Shown piece by piece: positions 24,759 through 34,153 of a DNA stretch of 61,293 nt. The position numbers were made by a program, and so were the translations under genes. Within the stretch, counting starts at the first letter, position 1. The number at the start of each line of letters is the position of its first letter. The notes below the pieces were generated by a model, which was not told where the DNA came from, searched no databases, and saw only the letters and a list, made by a program, of their open reading frames with translations. This DNA comes from Candidatus Falkowbacteria bacterium CG10_big_fil_rev_8_21_14_0_10_39_11 (GTDB lineage: Bacteria; Patescibacteriota; Patescibacteriia; UBA11705), in the NCBI GenBank assembly GCA_002773615.1, contig PFAP01000031.1:1-61293 (forward strand). Reading direction: 5' to 3'.

Positions 24759-27299
24759 ATGCCAACGGTTGAAATTGACTATAATTTTTGGTCTGATCTT
24801 TTATCAAATCCAATTTGGGGGCCACTTTTGCTGCTAGCCGTGTTTTTTATTGGCATTATAGTAGCATTTTTTATTTTCCGGCGTATTTTAATTACCGCCA
24901 ATGAACGCAAAAATTCTTTTGATACCATATTATTGTTAGTGGAAGTTCCACAGCTCGCTTCAGAACAAAAAGCCGGAAGTACTGGCGGGGGAGAGCACAG
25001 TATTCAACAAATTCAAGAAAAAATATCAGTGATGGAGACATTTTTATCCGCTTTGGCCGGATTGAAGGCGGAGTCTGGTATGATGGCTTGGCTTCGTGGT
25101 CGCAAAGATGTTTTTAGTTTTGAACTTGTTTCAAATGATAATAAAATATTGTTTTACATTTCTTGTCTCAAAAAAATGCAAGATCTGGTTGAGGATCAGC
25201 TCAACGCCCAGTTTCCGGCAGCCGTAATCGCACCGGTTGCTGACTATAATATATTTAAACCGGATTCTATTATTGACGGCCGAATTATCAAGTTTAAACG
25301 CGAGTTTTACATGCCGGTCAAAACTTACAAAAAGATGGATTCAGATCCTTTGAATTCAATGATCAATGCCCTTGGTCAGGTTGATGAGGGTGATGGAGTT
25401 GCGATTCAAATTGTTTTTCGATCAGCTCCAAAAAAATGGCATGATATGGGTTCCAAGGTTGCTTCCAAGATGCAGCAGGGGATGAAGTATGACAAAGCGC
25501 GCAAGGAAGTTGGCGGTAGTATTGCCAAAACAGCAGCTCGCGAAATTGGTAAATTTGCTGACGCCTTGTTCAATCGAAACAGTGCGGAGAAGGATCAGCT
25601 TGGTGGTAGCTCAGAACACCACCAGCTGTCACCAATGGAGCAGGAGATTATTAAAGGTTTGGAAGAAAAAACCAGCAAAGCTGGCGTTGAAGCTACCATT
25701 CGTGTAATTGCCGCCAGTTCAAAGCAGTCCAAGAGTGAAAATTATCTCAACAACATTACCAATTCATTTACTCAATACAATATTTATCAGTACGGCAATG
25801 CTTTTACGACCATTACGCCAAAATTGAAGAATTTTATCAATGATTTTATTTATCGGAGCTTTGAAAAAAATGTCAGTGTTGTTTTAAATACCGAAGAGCT
25901 CGCCAGTTTATTTCACTTTCCATTAGCTTCAATTACCGAACATCCGGCCATACACTGGCTCGAGGCTCGTCAGGCTCCAGCGCCGCTTGACTTACCCAAA
26001 GAGGGGATTATTCTTGGCGAAAATGTCTATCGTGGCGTCAAACGTGTTATTCGCATCACACCGAAAGATCGTCGTCGTCATATTTATGAAATCGGTAAGA
26101 CCGGTTCTGGTAAATCCTACATGATGACCAACTGGATGTTGCAGGATCTCAAAAATGGCTCTGGTATGTGTGTGATGGATCCACATGGAGAATTAGCTGA
26201 CGATATTATCAAATATGTTCCCAAAGAAAGAGCTGAGGATGTCATTTACTTTGATCCGTCAGATGTGGAGCGACCAATGGCCATGAACTTGCTTGAGTTT
26301 GAACGACCGGAACAAAAAACTTTTGTCGTTAATGAGCTTTTGAACATTTTTGACAAATTATACGACTTGAAATCCACCGGTGGTCCAATGTTTGAATTGT
26401 ATTTCCGTAATGCGGTTCTATTGGTGATGGAAGATCCAGATTCTGGCATGACATTGCTTGAGATCCCACGCGTTTTGGCTGACGAAGAATATCGAGCCTA
26501 CAAACTGTCAAAATGTAAAAATCAAACAGTCAAAGATTTCTGGCAGAAGGAAGCGGAAAAAGCTGGCGGTGAAGCTTCACTAGCCAACATGGTTCCTTAT
26601 ATTACCTCCAAGTTGACTCAGTTTATTTCCAATGATTACATGCGCCCGATTATCGCTCAGCAGACCAGCGCGTTTAGTTTTCGTGAAGCCATGGACCAAA
26701 ATAAGATTATTTTGTGTAACCTTTCTAAAGGTAAGATTGGTAGTTTGAACTCAGATCTATTGGGCATGGTTATTGTTGGTAAACTACTGGCTGCTGCTCT
26801 TAGTCGCGTGGATGTTCCGGAAGAAGAGCGCAATGACTTCTTCTTGTTTATTGATGAGTTTCAAAATTATCTGACCGAGGGGATTTCAATTATTCTATCT
26901 GAGGCTCGAAAATATCGATTGTGTTTGCACATTGCTCACCAGTTTATCGGTCAGCTCACCAAGAATAATGACACAATGATTCGTGATGCGATTTTTGGTA
27001 ACGTTGGTACTTTTATGTCTTTCCGGGTTGGTCCGGATGATGCTGAGTTGTTTGCCAAACAATATTCACCGGTCTTTAGTGAGTTTGATGTTATGAATGT
27101 ACCGAAATTCCAAGTATTTACCAAACTGCTGATCAACAATCAAAATCCACCGGCTTTCAATATGAGAATTCCAGCCAGAGACAAACCCGAACATCCGGAG
27201 ATTGCTGAAGCGATCAAGGAGTTATCCAGATTGAAGTACGGCAAAGATCGTGATATAATTGAGGCAGAAGTCTTAGAGAGAACTAAGATTGATTATTAG
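24759..27299 (+). CDS. Membrane-anchored FtsK/HerA-superfamily ATPase, TraD/VirD4 (type IV coupling protein)-like
   Basis: N-terminal TM helix. Walker A IGKTGSGKSY, Walker B FLFIDEFQNY, and YFDPSDVERPMAMNLLE. Confidence 0.7.
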   Translation: MPTVEIDYNFWSDLLSNPIWGPLLLLAVFFIGIIVAFFIFRRILITANERKNSFDTILLLVEVPQLASEQKAGSTGGGEHSIQQIQEKISVMETFLSALAGLKAESGMMAWLRGRKDVFSFELVSNDNKILFYISCLKKMQDLVEDQLNAQFPAAVIAPVADYNIFKPDSIIDGRIIKFKREFYMPVKTYKKMDSDPLNSMINALGQVDEGDGVAIQIVFRSAPKKWHDMGSKVASKMQQGMKYDKARKEVGGSIAKTAAREIGKFADALFNRNSAEKDQLGGSSEHHQLSPMEQEIIKGLEEKTSKAGVEATIRVIAASSKQSKSENYLNNITNSFTQYNIYQYGNAFTTITPKLKNFINDFIYRSFEKNVSVVLNTEELASLFHFPLASITEHPAIHWLEARQAPAPLDLPKEGIILGENVYRGVKRVIRITPKDRRRHIYEIGKTGSGKSYMMTNWMLQDLKNGSGMCVMDPHGELADDIIKYVPKERAEDVIYFDPSDVERPMAMNLLEFERPEQKTFVVNELLNIFDKLYDLKSTGGPMFELYFRNAVLLVMEDPDSGMTLLEIPRVLADEEYRAYKLSKCKNQTVKDFWQKEAEKAGGEASLANMVPYITSKLTQFISNDYMRPIIAQQTSAFSFREAMDQNKIILCNLSKGKIGSLNSDLLGMVIVGKLLAAALSRVDVPEEERNDFFLFIDEFQNYLTEGISIILSEARKYRLCLHIAHQFIGQLTKNNDTMIRDAIFGNVGTFMSFRVGPDDAELFAKQYSPVFSEFDVMNVPKFQVFTKLLINNQNPPAFNMRIPARDKPEHPEIAEAIKELSRLKYGKDRDIIEAEVLERTKIDY

Positions 27300-27366
27300 A
27301 TTTTAAAATAAAAAATAAGACCTGATGAGAATTTGATTCTTTTATAGGTCAAAAAACAAAAATAAA

Positions 27367-27966
27367 ATGTTCGGTTTTTTCAAAAAGAAAAAACCTCTCA
27401 AAACAGCCGTGAACCATTCAACCAGTAGCCGCCGAAGTGACGGACTGGAAAAAAGAATGGCTGCAATCGAAGCGGCTGTAGCTGAAATTAAGGAGGCAAT
27501 AATGGCCGGTTCTGATGAGAGCGATGATGATTACGACAGGGGTCAAACCGCTCCAGTCAAACAAACAGATGGACATGTCATGTCAAATGGCAGTGAACGC
27601 GTGATCGAAGGTGTGTTTGACGGTCAAAATATGATTGGGTCAGATGGTCAACAGTATGACATCCCAGCCAATTATGCTTCAAAATCAAAGTTAGTTGAGG
27701 GGGATATTCTCAAATTAACAATCAACAATTTAGGCGCATTTCTCTACAAGCAAATCAAGCCAATTGAGAGATCTCGCATGGTCGGTGATTTGGAACAAGA
27801 TGAGCACAGTCTGCAATACTATGTTGTAGCTGAGGGGAAAAAATGGCGCTTATTGACGGCCAGTGTGACTTATTTCAAGGGCGAACCTGGAGATGAGGTT
27901 GTGTTTTTCATTCCTCGTGACGGTGGTAGCCGCTGGGCTGCAGTGGAGAATATTGTCAAAAAATAA
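27367..27966 (+). CDS. Conserved hypothetical protein
   Basis: Track ORF. Acidic linker followed by a beta-rich C-terminal domain. No motif recognised. Confidence 0.6.
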   Translation: MFGFFKKKKPLKTAVNHSTSSRRSDGLEKRMAAIEAAVAEIKEAIMAGSDESDDDYDRGQTAPVKQTDGHVMSNGSERVIEGVFDGQNMIGSDGQQYDIPANYASKSKLVEGDILKLTINNLGAFLYKQIKPIERSRMVGDLEQDEHSLQYYVVAEGKKWRLLTASVTYFKGEPGDEVVFFIPRDGGSRWAAVENIVKK

Positions 27967-27975
27967 GAGTCTTGT

Positions 27976-28004
27976 GTCATACTGAGCTTGTCGAAGCACC
28001 GAAG
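27976..28004. repeat. Partial REP-like element (GTCATACTGAGCTTGTCGAAGCA)
   Basis: It shares GTCANNCTGAGCTTGTC with the element at 28621. Confidence 0.55.
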
Positions 28005-28027
28005 TATAGACATGATTTTAGTTTTAT

Positions 28028-28222
28028 ATGGTCAAGAAAATTGTTTTAATCTTAGGTATTTTATTTTCTTTTTGGGGTATTATTGCCTCGGTTATGTCTT
28101 TGAATCGAACCGGTTATCATGGCGGATTGGCTGAAGGTTATATGTTGTTGCTGGTTGTGCTGTCAATCAGTTTTTTATTTTTTGCAGCATTCATGTTGTA
28201 CAAAGATATAAAAAAGAATTAA
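28028..28222 (+). CDS. Small two-TM membrane protein
   Basis: Track ORF with two hydrophobic helices. Confidence 0.5.
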   Translation: MVKKIVLILGILFSFWGIIASVMSLNRTGYHGGLAEGYMLLLVVLSISFLFFAAFMLYKDIKKN

Positions 28223-28270
28223 TCAGTTTAAAATTATCCAGGAGGGTTTACTAATAACCATATAATTTTT

Positions 28271-28549
28271 ATGGAAAGTTCAATAGAATTCGAGTTATCT
28301 AAAAATCCTATTAAAGAAAGAGTTGACGAATTAAGACAGAAGATGATTGCTAAATTGCTAGAGATGAATGAGAAGGTAGAGAAAGCTAAAAAATTTGGTG
28401 CGGAATTATTATCTAGAAATTTACCGGATGGTCATAATGATATTGTTAAGTTTAATCAAATGATGGATCAAATCAAGGCTGAACAAGATGCCTATAATGT
28501 TTTAGCCGCGCAGATGTGGAATTTAAATATTGAAGCAAGTGGAAATTAG
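28271..28549 (+). CDS. Small coiled-coil protein
   Basis: Track ORF. A terminator AGGCTAgtttTAGCCT plus T-run lies downstream. Confidence 0.5.
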   Translation: MESSIEFELSKNPIKERVDELRQKMIAKLLEMNEKVEKAKKFGAELLSRNLPDGHNDIVKFNQMMDQIKAEQDAYNVLAAQMWNLNIEASGN

Positions 28550-28620
28550 ATCGTAATTGTTATTATACTTTTAGTTATATGAATAATTAGGCTAGTTTTA
28601 GCCTTTTTATTTTTGATTTT

Positions 28621-28669
28621 GTCACCCTGAGCTTGTCTGCCGGTAGGCAGGGCTCTCGAAGGGTGGGGG
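28621..28669. repeat. REP-like nested hairpin (GTCACCCTGAG family)
   Basis: GTCACCCTGAGCTTGTCTGCCGGTAGGCAGGGCTCTCGAAGGGTG is a near copy of 8173-8220. Confidence 0.75.
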
Positions 28670-28828
28670 TATCATCACTTTGCTATCCACTATTTTATTT
28701 GGTAAGATAGCTTTATAATCATCCAAAATTAATTCATAATTATCAAAATTATGGAAACTCGAAATATTGAGTCAACAAAAGGAAGCATGCCACATCTAAA
28801 ATACGGAACCAAAGTTGAGCAATGATTA

Positions 28829-29050
28829 ATGGGCGAAATCACTGGACGAGGATTCCCAATGATTCTGAAGCCACGACCATTTCCCGTCAAATTAAAACCA
28901 GAAGAAATTGCTGCCACGGCTGAAAATGCTCGAATTTTATTGGACAACGAAGAAATGTTGACAGAGTTCATGACTAAAAGTAAAACTTACCGAACAAAAG
29001 AACAAATTGTAACTTGGCTCCAAGGAATGCTTGCAAGTGAATCCGAGTAA
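28829..29050 (+). CDS. Hypothetical small protein
   Basis: Track ORF only. A competing antisense ORF exists and the start is uncertain. Confidence 0.35.
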   Translation: MGEITGRGFPMILKPRPFPVKLKPEEIAATAENARILLDNEEMLTEFMTKSKTYRTKEQIVTWLQGMLASESE

Positions 29051-29084
29051 CTTAATCTTTCAATTATCTCAAAATAATCCCACA

Positions 29085-29158
29085 TCTTAAATCTCAATTC
29101 CTAATTCCTGCCTCTAACTTACCATTTATTCTTTACCCCTTACTCATTACTGACTTCT
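29085..29158 (+). promoter_or_regulatory. Heptad-phased T(T/C)AC array / G-depleted SD-less leader of dnaX
   Basis: TTAC at 29119, (TTAT at 29126), 29133, 29140 and 29147. Only 2 G occur in the 108 nt before the ATG. The last 32 nt are 26/32 identical to the pheT leader. Confidence 0.5.
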
Positions 29159-30967
29159 ATGTCCGTCGCTCTCTATCGCAAATACCGGCCGCAGAAATTT
29201 TCTGACGTCTCCGGCCAAAATCACATCAAAGTAACAATTCAAAACGAGCTTGAAGCTGACAAATTGGCTCACGCCTATCTTTTTTGTGGTCCAAGAGGTA
29301 CCGGTAAGACGACCATGGCTCGGTTATTGGCCAAGGCGGTCAACTGTACAGATTTAAAAGAAAATGGAGAGCCCTGTAATGAATGTGATTCTTGTACAGA
29401 GCTAATGAGCGGTCGCGCGATGGATATTATTGAGATTGACGCTGCTTCCCACACCGGTGTTGATAATGTTCGCGAAAATATCATCAACAACGCCAGGTTT
29501 ACACCGAGCAAGTCAAAATTCAAAGTTTTTATCATTGACGAGGTCCACATGTTGTCAATTTCCGCCTTCAATGCTTTACTCAAAGTTTTGGAAGAACCGC
29601 CATCACACGTTCTCTTTATTCTCGCCACTACAGAAGTTCACAAAATTCCGGTCACTATTATTTCTCGCTGCCAGCGTTTTGATTTTCAAAAAGTCATTTT
29701 CAATGAATTGGTCAAAAGGTTGCAGTGGATCGTGGGCGAAGAGGGGATCAAGGTTGATAAGGTTGTGTTAGAATTGATCGCCAAAAATGCTGGCGGTTGT
29801 GTTCGTGATGCGGAGAGTTTGCTCGAACAAGTTTTGAGTTTGGGTGAAAAACACATTACTCTTGATCAGGTTTCCTTAATTTTACCCCGTTCATCTTACG
29901 AGACATTGGTTGAGTTTGCCACGTTTCTTTTTCGCAAAGACACAAAGTCAGGTATCATGCTGCTCAATCGGTTGATTGATGAGGGTGTGGATGTTAATAA
30001 TTTTTATAATAATTTGCTGGAGTTTTTACGCAAGGTCATGTTGGTCAAGATTACTGGGGACAGCACCGAGTTGTTGCAGGATGTGGACGACAACATGTTC
30101 AAAAAGATCAATGATATGGTTAGTGAAATCCCAGCCGCTGAAATTAACCGAATTATTACCATTTTTCTCAAAATTAAAGACTTATTTAAACATACAAATA
30201 TTCTCCAGCTCCCATTGGAAGTCGCCATTGTCGAGATCTCTGAGGGCGCAATGACCATTCCGGCCATTCCCACTCAATCAGATCAAAACACTGCGCCTGT
30301 CGCTCCTCCAGCCCCTCCAGTTGAGCCACCAGTTCAAGCAATAGCTCCAGAACCGGTCGCCAGTACGCCAGCTCAAACGCCTGAAGTTGAAGCCGAAGAA
30401 CCGTCAGAAGAAAAAATCGAAGAAGTTGAGACCGATTATTCCAATGACGATAACCCCGAACCTCCTGCAGCCGATTCACCGCAACCACCGGCTGACAATT
30501 CAACTCAAGAGCCAGCCGACACCGAACCAGTGACTCCAAATATCAAAAACAATAATGGCATGAGTGTTACTTTCAATCAAGTCTTGTCTCGTTGGGGCTA
30601 TATTGTTCAATGCATTATCAAGAAAAATTATACGCTGGGTATGTCTTTGAGTGTTGGTAAGCCATATGCTCTTGAAGGTAATACTTTGACCTTGGGGTTC
30701 ATTTTCAGTTTACAAAAAGATCAGGTCGACAAACCGGACAACTTGAATGCGATCAAGCAGGTTTTAATGGAAGAAATGGGCGCCCAAGTAAATATCGCCA
30801 CCATTGTTGACTCCGAGATCAAGCTGAGAGAGATCGCTCCTGGCGCTGAAAGACCGCCATTCAATCAGAATCTTCAGGCTGAAGTCAAAATTGAACAACA
30901 AGAAACCAAAGACCCGATCGGCCAAGTTCTCGACGCCTTCGGTGGGGCGGTTGTAGATAAGGTTTAA
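29159..30967 (+). CDS. dnaX: DNA polymerase III subunit gamma/tau
   Basis: YRPQKFSDVSGQNHI, Walker A GPRGTGKTT, a CxxC zinc module, Walker B FIIDEVHML, SRCQRF, and a Pro-rich linker. Confidence 0.95.
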   Translation: MSVALYRKYRPQKFSDVSGQNHIKVTIQNELEADKLAHAYLFCGPRGTGKTTMARLLAKAVNCTDLKENGEPCNECDSCTELMSGRAMDIIEIDAASHTGVDNVRENIINNARFTPSKSKFKVFIIDEVHMLSISAFNALLKVLEEPPSHVLFILATTEVHKIPVTIISRCQRFDFQKVIFNELVKRLQWIVGEEGIKVDKVVLELIAKNAGGCVRDAESLLEQVLSLGEKHITLDQVSLILPRSSYETLVEFATFLFRKDTKSGIMLLNRLIDEGVDVNNFYNNLLEFLRKVMLVKITGDSTELLQDVDDNMFKKINDMVSEIPAAEINRIITIFLKIKDLFKHTNILQLPLEVAIVEISEGAMTIPAIPTQSDQNTAPVAPPAPPVEPPVQAIAPEPVASTPAQTPEVEAEEPSEEKIEEVETDYSNDDNPEPPAADSPQPPADNSTQEPADTEPVTPNIKNNNGMSVTFNQVLSRWGYIVQCIIKKNYTLGMSLSVGKPYALEGNTLTLGFIFSLQKDQVDKPDNLNAIKQVLMEEMGAQVNIATIVDSEIKLREIAPGAERPPFNQNLQAEVKIEQQETKDPIGQVLDAFGGAVVDKV

Positions 30968-31003
30968 AATTTTTATCAGCCGGAACTTATTTTAGAGTAT
31001 AAA

Positions 31004-31034
31004 GGTATAAAGAAAAAACACGCATTTTACATGC
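31004..31034. terminator. Bidirectional intrinsic terminator
   Basis: A-run, then ACACGCAT-tttac-ATGCGTGT, then a T-run. Confidence 0.7.
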
Positions 31035-31045
31035 GTGTTTTTTCA

Positions 31046-31195
31046 TGGCTCGGAGGCCTGCTTTCGTTTAAACTTCAGCGGACAAGCAGGGACTCCCTTC
31101 GACGCATCGTCCATTCGGCGATTTGCACAGGGTAAACTTCTCGTCCCTGTCCACCGTGTATAATAAAACCTCCACCTGGTGGTGAAGATTATATT
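31046..31195. repeat. Duplicated tRNA-Gln 3' end (13 nt) plus a 137-nt GC-rich hairpin element
   Basis: ATGGCTCGGAGGC occurs at 31046-31058 and again at 31196-31208 (the tRNA 3' end). The intervening DNA carries REP-like cores (GACGcatCGTCCATTCGGCG). Confidence 0.7.
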
Positions 31196-31196
31196 A

Positions 31197-31270
31197 TGGC
31201 TCGGAGGCAGGGACTCGAACCCCGATACCTTGGACCAGAACCAAGAGTCCTACCATTAGACGACCTCCGA
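31197..31270 (-). tRNA. tRNA-Gln (anticodon CUG), CCA encoded
   Basis: Hand-folded 74-nt cloverleaf. Acceptor TCGGAGG/CCTCCGA, anticodon arm CTTGG-TTCTGGT-CCAAG, T-arm CGGGG-TTCGAGT-CCCTG. Confidence 0.9.
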
Positions 31271-31321
31271 ATAAGGTCAAATCGATTATAGCAAGAATAT
31301 AATCAAAGTTCAAGTCTTCAG

Positions 31322-31350
31322 TTGACAAAATATTTATTTAATGATATTAT
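31322..31350 (+). promoter_or_regulatory. Sigma70-type promoter TTGACA-17-TATTAT
   Basis: Read directly. The track ORF start at 31322 is actually the -35 hexamer. Confidence 0.6.
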
Positions 31351-31384
31351 TGATTGTTCCCCAACAGACCAAACTAGGAGGCAC

Positions 31385-31675
31385 ATGGCTGATCAGGAAT
31401 CCGTTAACTATCCGATTTTGCGGGAATTTGGCTTAAGTCCGGCTCATGGCTCTGATATCAGCCTTCTTTATGAGCGTCCTAATGGCTCTGTCGGCTTGGT
31501 CGTGGTGCCTTGGAACAGAATTAGTGATGGAACGATTCAGTTTATTGATGCTTCGGAAGGACCAAGTCGTATTGAGTTCAAAACAAAATCCAAAATGTTT
31601 GGGCACGGAGGTAAACGTGTTCTTCATCGGGTTTATCTGCAGCGGAGGTTCTCTGCGTCAGAAACTGGGGGGTGA
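31385..31675 (+). CDS. Hypothetical small protein (96 aa)
   Basis: ATG at 31385 is preceded by taggagg. The stop overlaps the next ORF start. Confidence 0.55.
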   Translation: MADQESVNYPILREFGLSPAHGSDISLLYERPNGSVGLVVVPWNRISDGTIQFIDASEGPSRIEFKTKSKMFGHGGKRVLHRVYLQRRFSASETGG

Positions 31676-32004
31676 AAATGCACGAAAAAATCAACGTTCC
31701 GCATTGTGATGAATTTGAAAATAGAACAGAGATTTGTATTTTGGAACATCCAAGATACATTACAACACAGCTAGGATTTGTCATCAGCTGGGAATTTCCG
31801 AAATATAGATTTGGTATTGTTGATGTTGAAGCACATAGTACTGAATTTTGGGACGTGAAAATTATTAGAGCGGTAGTTGATTTCTTTGCTCAAAGAGGTA
31901 TCGAAGTTGTTGATTTTGTTCCCAAGTGTTATGTCCAAAGTTCTGATAATGTATATCGACTAGAGGTAAAAGAATGGCTGGTTAAACTCGCACCAAAGTC
32001 ATAA
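31672..32004 (+). CDS. Hypothetical small protein (about 108-110 aa)
   Basis: GTG at 31672 overlaps the upstream stop; an alternative ATG lies at 31678. Confidence 0.55.
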   Translation: MKMHEKINVPHCDEFENRTEICILEHPRYITTQLGFVISWEFPKYRFGIVDVEAHSTEFWDVKIIRAVVDFFAQRGIEVVDFVPKCYVQSSDNVYRLEVKEWLVKLAPKS

Positions 32005-32031
32005 AACACACATGAAAAATCATGTGTTTTC

Positions 32032-32538
32032 TTATTGTATTTTTTTTATTGTATATTCAATTTGTTTCCCAATCCCCATATCAACCGTCACTTCATCTCC
32101 AACTTCTTTCCCAATCATACTGGCTCCCAGCGGGGAAGTGGTTGAAATTATTCCCGCGGACGGATTGGTTTCATGAAATCCCAGCAAGCGATAAGTTTTT
32201 TCTTTACCATTGATTTCAATGGTTACTTCATGACCCATTTCAACTTGGTCAGTATTTTTATTTGGTTGAATGATCTCAGCGTGATCAATCAATACTCGAG
32301 TTTTTAATATTCGATTATTAAGCCCCCTGAGCTTTCCTTTGGCGATTTGATAGGCGGCGTTTTCTGAGAAGTCTCCAAATTCTGCCAATCGTTTCACTTC
32401 ATTAGCCAATTTTGGTTGAGAATAATTTTCCATTCGGTCAAGTTTAGCTACCAGCTCGGCATATTTTTCTGGGGTCATAAATCTGTCCGGTTGAGTGTGC
32501 CGGACATTTTGTTCAGATTTTCGTTTGGGTATTTGCAT
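32032..32538 (-). CDS. greA: Transcription elongation factor GreA
   Basis: MTPEKYAELVAKL..., coiled-coil with GDFSENAAY, and a C-terminal domain ISTTSPLGASMIGKEVGDEV. The real start may be the internal Met at 32478. Confidence 0.9.
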   Translation of the reverse strand: MQIPKRKSEQNVRHTQPDRFMTPEKYAELVAKLDRMENYSQPKLANEVKRLAEFGDFSENAAYQIAKGKLRGLNNRILKTRVLIDHAEIIQPNKNTDQVEMGHEVTIEINGKEKTYRLLGFHETNPSAGIISTTSPLGASMIGKEVGDEVTVDMGIGKQIEYTIKKIQ

Positions 32539-32692
32539 ATAGTTTTATTTGATAAGCTAATAATAACCTAAATTATCTTATTTGTCATCTTTTTTATCAT
32601 TCATCCTCTCCGACCCAGTTTATTTCATGGCAGCAAATCGGGGTGAATGGGGCAACTCTTTACAAATTATAAAAATTAGGTAAAATAGAGGC

Positions 32693-33874
32693 ATGAAACG
32701 TTCAATTTTTGTCATATTACTAGTAATTTTGCTAATATTCGGCGGTTGGCTCACGCTCAATTTTTTTGGTTACAACCAAGCAAACAAAGAACTGAAAGCC
32801 GCCCAAAAAGAACGTGAACAACAAATTGAGAATCTACTTGATGATCGTCGCGCGGCCATTACCGACAACGAAGCAGCCGATGTCTTCGGCAAAGATGGCA
32901 AAGTTAGTATCCTTTTGATCGGTCTTGATTCTCGCCTCGGTGAAACCAATGGCCACTGCGACGCCATTCAATATATTACTATCGACAAAAATAATTCAAG
33001 CATTGACATCACCGCTGTTCCACGCGGCACCTACGTCCCATTGCCCGGTCGCGGTTACAAACCAACTGATTATTATGTCTCAAATTCATGTGGCTTGGTT
33101 AGTTTAGAATATGGCATTGAGCAGATGGAAAGAATCTTGGGTCAAAAAACTGATTATATTGCTGTGGTTGGTTTTTCCAGCACCGTTGGCATTTTGCGTT
33201 CTCTCGATCTGCCAACGACGGAAACCATTCAGTGGCTCCGAAATCGGCAGACTTATGCCATCGGCGAACCCCAGCGCGCTCACAATCACTCCACTTTTTT
33301 GAAAGAAATATTATTGGAATATACTGGTGATGAACAATCAAAACTTGATTCAGTCTGGCAGTTTTTAGCTTTCAAAATGATTGACACGGACTTATCTTTT
33401 GATCAAGTAAAAACACTTATATCTACCGTAGGCAGTCTGAATTTGTCCAACAAAGATATCAGTCTTCACATCCGACCATATCATGACGTCACTGACATTC
33501 AGTACGATCCAGATAATCTGGCCAAAGACTTGGATCCTTTGCAGCGAGTGGTACCGCTATTATCCGAAGCTGACTATAGCGGAGAAACTCAAGCTGAATA
33601 TCAAGCGCGAGTACTGGCTAATATCAAAGAAAAGTTGGCGGATGATGAATTTGTTGACTGGGCTTATGATCAATTTGTCTGGATGCAGATTGATGATAAT
33701 GACACTCGCGAATTTATACATTTTGATATTTTGAAACGTTATATAGAAATCATTGACGACAAAGAACAGACCGAACTTCTTTTGGCTGACTACATCAATG
33801 AAATGGAAGGCCGAGAATTGCCGGAATGGGCTAAAAAGGGCCGGGCATTTTTGGAGCAATTTATCGAGAAATAA
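32693..33874 (+). CDS. LCP (LytR-CpsA-Psr) family cell-envelope phosphotransferase with a C-terminal extension
   Basis: N-terminal TM helix. ILLIGLDSR...HCDAIQYITID...IDITAVPRGTYVPLPG. Confidence 0.75.
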   Translation: MKRSIFVILLVILLIFGGWLTLNFFGYNQANKELKAAQKEREQQIENLLDDRRAAITDNEAADVFGKDGKVSILLIGLDSRLGETNGHCDAIQYITIDKNNSSIDITAVPRGTYVPLPGRGYKPTDYYVSNSCGLVSLEYGIEQMERILGQKTDYIAVVGFSSTVGILRSLDLPTTETIQWLRNRQTYAIGEPQRAHNHSTFLKEILLEYTGDEQSKLDSVWQFLAFKMIDTDLSFDQVKTLISTVGSLNLSNKDISLHIRPYHDVTDIQYDPDNLAKDLDPLQRVVPLLSEADYSGETQAEYQARVLANIKEKLADDEFVDWAYDQFVWMQIDDNDTREFIHFDILKRYIEIIDDKEQTELLLADYINEMEGRELPEWAKKGRAFLEQFIEK

Positions 33875-34153
33875 AAACCCCTTGACAAATTTTTCCTTGA
33901 TTATTCTGAGATTACCGTTCGGATTAATGGAGTAGAACAACGCCTTTGTCTTGACACCGATATTACTTATTCCTATGAAATTTCCCCTTGTGATTCGCCT
34001 GAAACTCACAAATTGACGAATTACCAAGTCCCACCAAAACCTGAAGCAGAAGCTACGAATTGATTAAATAAATTTTAGAATCGGGAATTCGGTTCTTTTT
34101 TGTTTCTCGATTATGGCAATTTTTGATATAATAGATGTAAATAATAACCATCT

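Noticed and set aside
30090-30110. Is there a programmed -1 frameshift site in dnaX (gamma subunit)?
   Set aside because: Only CAAAAAG is present, not the A-AAA-AAG heptamer, and no downstream stem-loop is evident.
31322-31384. The track ORF start at 31322 would give a 117-aa protein. Similar extended starts appear at 4908, 11712, 13885, 41662, 42389 and 42880.
   Set aside because: The upstream extensions run through promoter hexamers or lack an SD site, while internal ATGs are preceded by strong SD sites. The shorter starts are therefore preferred.
33875-34153. Does this 280-bp intergenic region, with promoter-like hexamers and a terminator-like hairpin (GAATCGggaattCGGTTC plus T6), encode an sRNA or SRP RNA?
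   Set aside because: The GAAGCAGAAGC segment only loosely resembles the SRP domain IV motif, and I could not draw a convincing helix. The hairpin is weak (6 bp with a G-U pair). There is not enough evidence for a call.
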